A DNA stretch of 64,000 bases from Phormidesmis sp. (lineage in GTDB: Bacteria; Cyanobacteriota; Cyanobacteriia; Leptolyngbyales; Leptolyngbyaceae), in contig CBDFJR010000005.1 in the NCBI GenBank assembly GCA_965248535.1, positions 2,112,001 through 2,176,000 on the forward strand, read 5' to 3'. The position numbers and the translations under genes are program-made. Positions 11,527 through 19,649 of this stretch are shown here, one piece after another; the stretch's first letter is position 1, and each line of letters starts with the position of its first letter. A model generated the notes under the pieces. It searched no databases and was not told the DNA's origin. It was given only the letters and a program-made list of their open reading frames with translations.

Positions 11527-12495
11527 ATGATTATGCGTGTCTTCTCGATCGCTCTCTTCTGCGGGTTAGGGCTGTTGGGCTGCGGTGGGCTTGCCTCGAT
11601 CGCTCAGGCTGCCCCCAATTTGGTTGTGCCAACCCGTCCCCTTCCTGCCAATTCTGACCCATCGGCGTTGCCCTCAGACTTGACCTCGCCTAGTTCAGAA
11701 ATCAAGCCGCTTGACCCCGAAGACACCCGATCGGAGATTGGTGAGATTCGGATTCTTAACTCTCCGACGGCAACGGCAGAGCGTCGTCAGCCTGATGTGC
11801 AGCTATTGTTGCGTTCTTCGGTGTTTTCTAGCTCTAACATCACGTCTCTGAGCGCGTTTCGTCCCAGTGACACGGTGTTTATCAATAGTGGATTGCTGTT
11901 AGCTACGCCCAAACTGGGTGAAACGACTCGCCTAATTGCGTCGGCGGGAGGTGGATTGGTGCGGTTTGCTAATCGGGGTGACTCTAACTATAACTTGCTG
12001 AATTTTAATGTGGCCGTGCAGCAGCGCCTCGCCCCCGGAACCTATGGACAATTGGGCTGGGTGCAAGAAAATCTCTATCGATCGGGCGGCGGCGATCGCC
12101 TGTTGCAAGACAACTCGGTTCAGTTTATTTTGGGTCGGCAAGATCAGTTGGGGCAACAGTTGCGGCTAGATTCGTTTTATGAGTTGCGGGCTAGTTTTAC
12201 CAATCCTAACGATCAAAACCGGGTCGCAAATACGTTAGGTGCTCGACTGCGCTATGACATCACGCCCAAACTGCAAAGCGCGCTGGATTATCGACTCACC
12301 TTTAAGAATTTTAGTCAGGTCGATCGGGCTGACACTGAGCATCAGATCAGCGCACTAGCGATCTACAATATCAATCCCGATATGTTTGTGGCGGGCACGG
12401 TTTCTTATCTGTTTGGGCGGTCTTCAAGTTCGGCGATCGACCTTGACAATCTCTCGATCGGCATCAGTCTGGGCTGGAATGTGCCTCTGTTTTGA
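11527..12495 (+). CDS. Outer-membrane beta-barrel protein
   Basis: Signal peptide, amphipathic strands, C-terminal ..LGWNVPLF. Confidence 0.65.
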   Translation: MIMRVFSIALFCGLGLLGCGGLASIAQAAPNLVVPTRPLPANSDPSALPSDLTSPSSEIKPLDPEDTRSEIGEIRILNSPTATAERRQPDVQLLLRSSVFSSSNITSLSAFRPSDTVFINSGLLLATPKLGETTRLIASAGGGLVRFANRGDSNYNLLNFNVAVQQRLAPGTYGQLGWVQENLYRSGGGDRLLQDNSVQFILGRQDQLGQQLRLDSFYELRASFTNPNDQNRVANTLGARLRYDITPKLQSALDYRLTFKNFSQVDRADTEHQISALAIYNINPDMFVAGTVSYLFGRSSSSAIDLDNLSIGISLGWNVPLF

Positions 12496-12531
12496 ATCGT
12501 GATCCTTTGATCGATTGGACTGAATCCGGCT

Positions 12532-13155
12532 TTAGGACTGCGATCGTGTCTTTAATTCTTCTCGATAGGACAGCACGGCATCAAACTGTTCTTCTGGTTG
12601 CACATAGTTGGCTAACAGCTCAAGGTCACAGTCGGGCAACAACTCACTGTTGCTTAGGGTCTCATAGCCCTCTGCCCGCAGATGAAAAACCGTAAATTTC
12701 CCCAACTCCCACACCCAGACTTCCGTCACTTCTAGCCCTTGATAGATAGCCAGTTTATCGACCAGTCCACTGCTCAACACGACCTCGATCGCTAGGTCTG
12801 GAAACTCTTTTTTCTGCCCGATGCAATAGCACTCATCTGGCTCTAATCCGCGCTGCTTTGCAATCTTGCGAAACGTCGCTGAACCCATGCCGTGAAAACG
12901 GGTGCGCGTCTCCTGAAAATAGGACTCCATCAACATCGCAATCATTTTTTTGAGTTCTTCGTGCAACCGAGAAGTCGTCATGATTTCTAACGTGCCTTCT
13001 AAATAGCTCAACCGCAAGGCCGGAAAATCGTCGCCTAGAGTGGCTAGCAACAACTCATATTGATGCCAACTTACGCCGTCTAGGACGACGCGCTGTTCGG
13101 GCAGAGAATCTACGATCGTCGGAGACAAAACCTGAAAAGTCATGGGAGTCACCAT
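12532..13155 (-). CDS. Uma2-family endonuclease-fold protein
   Basis: YLEGTLEIM, EPDECY, PDLAIEV, EVWVW. Confidence 0.92.
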   Translation of the reverse strand: MVTPMTFQVLSPTIVDSLPEQRVVLDGVSWHQYELLLATLGDDFPALRLSYLEGTLEIMTTSRLHEELKKMIAMLMESYFQETRTRFHGMGSATFRKIAKQRGLEPDECYCIGQKKEFPDLAIEVVLSSGLVDKLAIYQGLEVTEVWVWELGKFTVFHLRAEGYETLSNSELLPDCDLELLANYVQPEEQFDAVLSYREELKTRSQS

Positions 13156-13299
13156 TCAGTTCGCTTCTCTAGTTTAGAAGACGAATGCTCTGACCATTCG
13201 GCCTAAATTGGTATCTCTCGTCACAGTATTCCGTCTAAGCTTTGACAATAGTGTCCAATAGATGAGATGGGTTGATCGAGCAGCAGAAAGGAGTCGTGA

Positions 13300-14463
13300 A
13301 TGGATGACCTCAAGGTTTTGATCATCGGGGCAGGCATGGGCGGTTTAGCGACAGGCATTGCGCTGCGTCAGGTGGGATATCAGGTTGAAATCTACGATCG
13401 GGTCAGCGAGTTGCGCCCGGCCGGGGCTGGCATTTCTCTCTGGTCAAACGGGGTGAAGGTGCTCAATCGTCTGGGCTTGGGCAAAGCGATCGCCCAAATC
13501 GGCGGGCAGATGGATCGGATGCAATATCACAGCCACACCGGAGAATTGCTCACCGATGTTAGTCTGGCTCCGCTGGTGCAAAAAGTTGGGCAGCGCCCCT
13601 ACCCCGTGGCTCGAACTGATTTGCAAACCATGCTGCTCAATCAGTTTGGGGCTGAAAAGGTGCAGCTTAACTGCAAGTGTGTTGAGATTGAGCAAACTGA
13701 AACCAGCGTCACGGCTCGATTTGAAGACGGTCGCACGGCAACAGGCGACGTGTTGATTGGCGCAGATGGCACCCACTCGATCGTGCGCGATCGCGTCTTA
13801 GGTCACAAGACCGATCGCCACTATGTCGGCTATGTCAACTGGAACGGACTCGTGCCCGTCAGTCCAGATCTGGCTCCGGCTAATAGCTGGGCGATCTATG
13901 TCGGTGAACACAAACGCGCCTCGCTGATGCCTGTGGGCGATGGGCGATTTTATTTCTTTTTTGACGTGCCGCTTCCTAAGGGTTCTGTCAGCACGCCAGA
14001 CCACTATCGAGAGGAGTTGATGAGCTTTTTTAAGGGCTGGGCTGCCCCTGTGCAGGCGTTGATTGAGCGACTTGACCCGTTGAAGACCAATCGGGTTGAG
14101 ATTCACGATATTGAGCCGTTAGAACGGTTTGTGCAGGGTCGCGTCGCTCTGTTGGGTGATGCCGCTCACAGCACGGCTCCTGATCTGGGACAGGGCGGCT
14201 GTCAAGCGATCGAGGATGCTGAGGTTTTAACGCGCTATCTGAGTTCGACGACGATCGGGGTTGCAGATGCCCTCAATCGCTATGAGGCAGAGCGGCTAGG
14301 ACGAACGGCAGATATTGTGCTGAGAGCACGAAAGCGATCACACATGACTCACGGCAAAGACCCCGAAAAAACACAGCAGTGGTATGAACAACTTAAGCAC
14401 GATGATGGGAGCGATATCATCAACGCGATTTCTAATACAATCCTGGCGGGGCCACTCCACTAA
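13300..14463 (+). CDS. hpxO: FAD-dependent urate hydroxylase
   Basis: GAGMGG, ISLWSNGVK, YVGYVNWNG, GDAAH..PDLGQGGCQA; next to uraH/uraD. Confidence 0.9.
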   Translation: MDDLKVLIIGAGMGGLATGIALRQVGYQVEIYDRVSELRPAGAGISLWSNGVKVLNRLGLGKAIAQIGGQMDRMQYHSHTGELLTDVSLAPLVQKVGQRPYPVARTDLQTMLLNQFGAEKVQLNCKCVEIEQTETSVTARFEDGRTATGDVLIGADGTHSIVRDRVLGHKTDRHYVGYVNWNGLVPVSPDLAPANSWAIYVGEHKRASLMPVGDGRFYFFFDVPLPKGSVSTPDHYREELMSFFKGWAAPVQALIERLDPLKTNRVEIHDIEPLERFVQGRVALLGDAAHSTAPDLGQGGCQAIEDAEVLTRYLSSTTIGVADALNRYEAERLGRTADIVLRARKRSHMTHGKDPEKTQQWYEQLKHDDGSDIINAISNTILAGPLH

Positions 14464-14591
14464 CGAGTGTGGATTAAATAAAGCTACACTACTGCGATGT
14501 TATACCACCACGATAAATCAGCGTAAGGGCATGGCATTGCCGTGCCCAGGGTCTACGCCAGTAACTAATATGATTTGATTCACGAATCTTA
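14461..14591 (+). mobile_element. 131-bp MITE-like element with internal REP-like hairpin, copy 1
   Basis: Aligns without gaps to 19408-19538; imperfect TIRs; begins at the hpxO stop TAA. Confidence 0.65.
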
Positions 14592-14603
14592 AAAGAAATC
14601 ACG

Positions 14604-14960
14604 ATGGGTAAACTCACAACTCACGTTCTAGATACAGCCCACGGCCGTCCGGCGGATAATGTGACGATCGAGCTTTTTGCAATTGATTCTACATCCCAAA
14701 AGAGATTACTTAAAACCCTGGTGACGAATGCTGACGGACGAACAGATTTGCCATTGCTCACCGATGCCGAATTCAAAATCGGCGTTTATGAACTTGTGTT
14801 CTCGATCGGAGCCTATTTTTCGCGCTTTGAGGACAAGCCTGTAGAAGTGCCCTTTCTCGACCGCATTCCCCTTCAGTTTGGCATCTCAGACCCGACGGGT
14901 CACTATCACGTTCCTCTGCTGGCATCGCCTTGGGCCTACAGCACTTATCGAGGCAGTTGA
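14604..14960 (+). CDS. uraH: 5-hydroxyisourate hydrolase
   Basis: LTTHVLDT, HYHVPLL, C-terminal YRGS. Confidence 0.97.
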   Translation: MGKLTTHVLDTAHGRPADNVTIELFAIDSTSQKRLLKTLVTNADGRTDLPLLTDAEFKIGVYELVFSIGAYFSRFEDKPVEVPFLDRIPLQFGISDPTGHYHVPLLASPWAYSTYRGS

Positions 14961-15467
14961 ATGGTTTACTCAATCAAAGAACTCAACCAGATGAGTCAAG
15001 CAGATTTTGTTAAGCACTTGGGCGCGGTTTTTGAAGAAACGCCCACGATCGCGCAACAAGCTTGGCAGCAGCGCCCCTTTGTGGATGTTGATGATCTGCA
15101 TCAAAAAATGGTGACGATCGTCAACGCTATGAGTCAGACTGAGCAACTCGCTTTAATTCGCGCTCACCCCGATTTGGGCACTAAAGCAAAGATGGCGGCG
15201 GCTTCGGTGCAAGAGCAGTCGGGGGTCGGCTTAGATCGGTTGACGGCGCAAGACTATGCCCGATTCCAGTCGCTTAATCAGGCTTATCAAACCAAGTTTG
15301 GGTTTCCGTTCATCATTGCTGTTAAAAATCATACTCAGTCCAGCATTCTAGAAGCATTCGAGAAACGATTAGAACATTCATTCTCAACCGAAATCACTCA
15401 AGCATTGACAGAGATTTCCACGATCGCTCATTTTCGATTAGTCGGTTTGATCGAGTCATCTGTGTAG
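14961..15467 (+). CDS. uraD: OHCU decarboxylase
   Basis: AHPDLG, SVQEQ, YQTKFGFPFII. Confidence 0.95.
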   Translation: MVYSIKELNQMSQADFVKHLGAVFEETPTIAQQAWQQRPFVDVDDLHQKMVTIVNAMSQTEQLALIRAHPDLGTKAKMAAASVQEQSGVGLDRLTAQDYARFQSLNQAYQTKFGFPFIIAVKNHTQSSILEAFEKRLEHSFSTEITQALTEISTIAHFRLVGLIESSV

Positions 15468-15487
15468 AAGTCTCCTAATGATTTAAA

Positions 15488-15529
15488 GTATTCTTTGCTA
15501 CAAATGGCAAGGTTGGCGGCTTTTATACT
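15488..15529 (+). promoter_or_regulatory. NtcA-activated class II promoter
   Basis: GTA-TTCTTTGC-TAC (15488-15501), 22 nt, then TATACT (15524-15529); exact GTAN8TAC-N22-TAN3T consensus. Confidence 0.8.
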
Positions 15530-15556
15530 ACATTCGCCACGAAACAAGGACAGTGT

Positions 15557-16645
15557 GTGAGTTACCCTCAAGATTTTTTAGACCGTCAAGGTGTTAGTCG
15601 TCGCAAGTTTATTCAATATGGCTCGCTTGCTTTGGGCAGTGGCATCGTAGCTGCCTGCTCGAATGGCAGCAGTTCTTCAACCAGCAACTCCCCCAGCGCA
15701 TCGCCCGTTGCTAGTGCGGGCAAACTCGATAAGGTCACCATGAGCACCAATTGGTTTGCAGAAGCCGAGCATGGCGGCTTTTATCAGGCGGTTGCCAAGG
15801 GCATTTATAAAGATCATGGGCTAGATGTGACGCTCAAAATGGGCGGCCCTCAAGTTAACGGCACTCAGCTTTTGATGGGCGGCGCGATCGACTTCTTTAT
15901 GGGCTATGGAGCCGATGCGATCGTGTCGGTTGCATCGGGCATTCCTAAAATCACGGTGGCGGCGCTGTTTCAAAAAGACCCGCAGGTGTTGATTGCTCAC
16001 CCCGATGTGGGGGTCAAAGATTTGGCTGATCTCAAGGGCAAACCCATTTTGATGTCTGCTCAGGCTTACACCACTTATTGGCCCTATTTGAAGTCAAAAT
16101 TTGGCTTTAGTGACGACCAAAAACGCACCTATAACTTCAATCCTGGCCCTTTCTTAGCTGATAAAAATGTGGCTCAACAGGGCTATGTTTCGTCAGAACC
16201 CAACATTATCAAAAAAGTTGGCAAAATCGATCCCGTGGTTTTTCTGCTGGCGGATTCTGGCTATGCGCCCTATGCCACCACGATCGAGACTAAAAAAGAA
16301 CTGGTGGATAAAAATCCCGATCTGGTGCAGCGCTTTGTCGATGCCTCTATTAAGGGCTGGTATAGCTATCTCAAAGACCCGGCTCCGGGCGATGCGTTGA
16401 TTAAAAAAGACAATCCTGAGATGACAGACGAGCAGCTTGCTTATGCCCGATCGACGTTTGACCAATACAAAATTGTGAAGGGCGGCGATGCTGAAACTAA
16501 AGGCATTGGGGCGATGACCGATGAACGCTGGAAGACCTTTTTTGACTCAATGGTGACGGCTGGCGTGTTTAAAGCCGGAACCGACTATAAGCAGGCCTAT
16601 ACGCTAAAGTTTGTGAATAAAGGAGCACAAGCTTATCAAGCCTAA
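15557..16645 (+). CDS. NMT1/THI5-like ABC substrate-binding lipoprotein (probably purine/urate)
   Basis: Tat motif SRRKFI, lipobox VAAC, WFAEAEHGGFYQA. Confidence 0.85.
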   Translation: MSYPQDFLDRQGVSRRKFIQYGSLALGSGIVAACSNGSSSSTSNSPSASPVASAGKLDKVTMSTNWFAEAEHGGFYQAVAKGIYKDHGLDVTLKMGGPQVNGTQLLMGGAIDFFMGYGADAIVSVASGIPKITVAALFQKDPQVLIAHPDVGVKDLADLKGKPILMSAQAYTTYWPYLKSKFGFSDDQKRTYNFNPGPFLADKNVAQQGYVSSEPNIIKKVGKIDPVVFLLADSGYAPYATTIETKKELVDKNPDLVQRFVDASIKGWYSYLKDPAPGDALIKKDNPEMTDEQLAYARSTFDQYKIVKGGDAETKGIGAMTDERWKTFFDSMVTAGVFKAGTDYKQAYTLKFVNKGAQAYQA

Positions 16646-16655
16646 CGATAGGAAA

Positions 16656-17559
16656 ATGGCGATGACCACCCAAATTCCGGTGATTGATTTTGCGCCCTTT
16701 CTAATGGGCAACGCGACTGAAAAACAGGCAGTCGTTGAGCAAATTTATGCTGCCTGTCATCAAGTCGGGTTCATGTATTTGAGGAATATTGGAATCTCAC
16801 GATCGCTGCTCTCCGATTTGCTCGATCAGTCTCAACAGTTTTTTGATCTGCCGATCTCAATCAAAGAACAGTTAGCCCGATCGAGCATCACCAACTGCGG
16901 ATATATTGGGGTGCAAAAAGAGCGGCTAAATCCTCAAAATCCCTGGGATCTGAAAGAGGCGCTGAACGTGGGCATTCAGTCGGTTTGGCTTGCCTGAGCA
17001 AGAAGCGTTTCGAGACGTGGTGACGGAGTTTTATCGACTCTGCACGACCCAAGTTGCCCCCAATATTTTGCGGGCGTTTGCGATCGCGCTCCACCAACCT
17101 GAAGACTTTTTTGACGACAAACACGGTCAGCATTATTTTCTGCGAATGCTGCACTATCCGCCTGTGGCTCAAACTCCGTCACCGGGGCAACTGCGGGCCG
17201 GAGAACACAGCGACTATGGCAGCATCACGCTTTTGCTGCAAGATCAGATCGGAGGCTTAGAAGTGCGAACTCGCCAAGGCGACTGGATTGCCGCCCCGCC
17301 CATTGACGACACGATCGTGGTGAATGTGGGTGATGCCATGCAGCGCTGGACGGGCGATCGCTTAACGTCAACGCCTCATCGAGTCACGGTTCCGTTAGGC
17401 AAAGATAGCCAGCGATCGCGCTACTCGATCGCGCTTTTTTGTGACCCCAATCCCGATGTTGAGATTATCTGTTTAGATCAATCTGGCGATCGGGCTGCCC
17501 AATATCCGCCGATCTTGGCAGGCGACTATCTCGCGAGTCGATTAGCCGCCACTTACTAA
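16656..17559 (+). CDS. 2OG-Fe(II) dioxygenase (IPNS/PcbC family); +1 frameshift at ~16990
   Basis: N half IPVIDF..GFMYL; C half HSD..H..RYS. TGGCTTGCCTGAG minus one T joins them. Confidence 0.85.
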
Positions 17560-17621
17560 AAATCCGACTTAAAATCGCGGATCTCAGATACGCTTGATTT
17601 TGATCCCTTAGCCCGATCGCC

Positions 17622-18401
17622 ATGACTTCTCCCCTGACGCTCAACCACATCAACAAGGTTTATGCCAACGGCACGATCGCCCTGCAAGACATGAACCTTG
17701 ACATCGGTGCCTCGCAGTTTGTGAGTCTGGTGGGCCCGTCGGGCTGTGGCAAAAGCACTGCACTGCGGATCATTGCCGGGCTGGGGCAGATGAGTTCGGG
17801 GCAATTAGAGTGGGGGCAAGGGCCGCCGCCAAAACTGGCCTATGTGTTTCAAGAAGCCGCGCTGATGCCGTGGGCAACCGTAATGGATAATGTGCGACTG
17901 CCGCTAACACTGGCAAAAATGCCTCGACGAGAGGCGACGACTGCCGTAGAAGCCGCGATCGCGATGGTGGGTCTGCAAGGGTTTGAGAGCCGCTATCCCC
18001 GCGAGTTGTCAGGCGGCATGAAAATGCGCGTCTCGATCGCACGAGCGTTAGTGACTAAACCCGATGTGCTGCTGATGGATGAACCCTTTGCTGCCCTAGA
18101 TGAGATGACTCGCAGCCGCCTCAACAGCGACCTTTTATCGCTATGGAATCAACTTCGCTGGACGGTGATTTTTGTGACTCACAATATTTATGAGTCGGTC
18201 TATTTGTCGCAGCGCGTCGTTGTGATGGCGGCTCGTCCCGGTCGAGTAGTGGCTGATGTCGCGATCGCTGCCCCTTACCCTCGCGACGAAGAGTTTCGCA
18301 CGTCGATCGACTACAACCACTATTGCCGAGAAGTCTCTCATCACTTGGCTGCCGCGTCTCTCCAAGGAGCCGATCGCAACCTGCCCATGGCTACTCTCTA
18401 A
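17622..18401 (+). CDS. ABC transporter ATP-binding protein (TauB/SsuB-like)
   Basis: GPSGCGKS, LSGGM, LLMDEPF. Confidence 0.95.
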   Translation: MTSPLTLNHINKVYANGTIALQDMNLDIGASQFVSLVGPSGCGKSTALRIIAGLGQMSSGQLEWGQGPPPKLAYVFQEAALMPWATVMDNVRLPLTLAKMPRREATTAVEAAIAMVGLQGFESRYPRELSGGMKMRVSIARALVTKPDVLLMDEPFAALDEMTRSRLNSDLLSLWNQLRWTVIFVTHNIYESVYLSQRVVVMAARPGRVVADVAIAAPYPRDEEFRTSIDYNHYCREVSHHLAAASLQGADRNLPMATL

Positions 18402-18416
18402 AGGAACTTAAACCCG

Positions 18417-19391
18417 ATGCCTTGGCGACTGTTAACCGCGTTGATTTTAGAACTCCAAAACTTTTTGCGAATGGGTCGGCTCAATGCACCTAGGTCTGTT
18501 GATTTGTTGAGCAATCTATCCGGCAAGGTAAAGCGATCAGGCGATCGAAACGAGCTACGATCGCGGACAAGTTCTTTGCCCAAAATTCGATCGTCTTTGA
18601 TCAGACGGGTGCTCTCACCCGATGTTTTGGCTCCGGCAGGGGTGGGCGTGTTGGCGATCGCGTCTTGGGAAATTTTTGTCCGCGCAACCAATATGCCCCC
18701 TTATCTATTGCCGGGGCCGTTCCTAGTCTTTCAAACGTTAATCGACTCGTGGGGAGATTTATTTCCGTCTCTGTTAGTCACCTTAAAAGTAACGGTGGTC
18801 GCCTTCATTACAGCCGCCATCTCAGGGCTGTTAATTTCAGTTCTCTTTACCCAAAGCAAATGGATTGAGCGCAGTTTCTTTCCCTATGCGGTGATTTTGC
18901 AGACGACTCCGATCGTCGCGATCGCGCCTCTGATCATCATGTGGTTAAAAAACGACACCTTTTTAGCGTTAATCGTTTGCGCGTGGATTGTGGCCTTCTT
19001 CCCGATCGTTTCCAACACCACACTAGGTCTAAATAGCGTTGATCATAATTTAATTAACTTGTTTCACTTATATCGAGCTTCCCGTTGGCAAACGTTAATT
19101 TATTTACGATTACCCAGTGCGATGCCTTATTTTCTGGGTGGTTTGAAAATTAGCGGAGGATTGGCTCTGATCGGCGCAGTCGTTGCCGAATTTGTAGCGG
19201 GTACAGGCGGTTCTCAGTCAGGATTAGCCTATCAGATTTTGATGGCAGGCTATAATCTACAAATTCCTCGAATGTTCGCTGCCTTATTCATGATTACGTT
19301 AACAGGCGTGTTAATCTTCGCGTGTCTCACCTGGTTATCTAACTTTTTGCTGAAAGAATGGCATGAGAGCGCGATTAAGCGTGAGAACTAA
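18417..19391 (+). CDS. ABC transporter permease (TauC/SsuC-like); start uncertain
   Basis: PIVAIAPL, LRLPSAMP, GAVVAEF. Confidence 0.9.
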   Translation: MPWRLLTALILELQNFLRMGRLNAPRSVDLLSNLSGKVKRSGDRNELRSRTSSLPKIRSSLIRRVLSPDVLAPAGVGVLAIASWEIFVRATNMPPYLLPGPFLVFQTLIDSWGDLFPSLLVTLKVTVVAFITAAISGLLISVLFTQSKWIERSFFPYAVILQTTPIVAIAPLIIMWLKNDTFLALIVCAWIVAFFPIVSNTTLGLNSVDHNLINLFHLYRASRWQTLIYLRLPSAMPYFLGGLKISGGLALIGAVVAEFVAGTGGSQSGLAYQILMAGYNLQIPRMFAALFMITLTGVLIFACLTWLSNFLLKEWHESAIKREN

Positions 19392-19407
19392 ACTAATTTC
19401 TTGATTC

Positions 19408-19538
19408 TAACGATCACAGATTAAACAAAACTACACCGATGCGATGGCATAGCACTGCCCAAGATCTGCGTAAGGGTGTGGCATCGTCGTGCCCATTGAT
19501 TAGGCAAGTAACCGATGCGATTTAATCCCCGATCGTTA
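19408..19538 (+). mobile_element. 131-bp MITE-like element, copy 2
   Basis: TIRs TAACGATCACAGATTAAA / TTTAATCCCCGATCGTTA; collinear with 14461-14591. Confidence 0.65.
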
Positions 19539-19649
19539 GCAAAAGGTTATGGACTCTCTAAGCTTATCTTTATCGAACTATAGTCTCTGCTTAATATCGT
19601 GGCGATAAACTAGATCTCTGTTCAACCATTCAGGAATTTCACAATTTCG

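Noticed and set aside
15470..15556. Xanthine or guanidine riboswitch before the NMT1-like gene
   Set aside because: The leader after the NtcA promoter is only about 20 nt, too short for an aptamer
19557..19597. Pho box upstream of the phosphodiesterase
   Set aside because: Only two of four 11-bp-phased octamers (CTTTATCG, CTTAATAT) resemble the consensus; too weak to call
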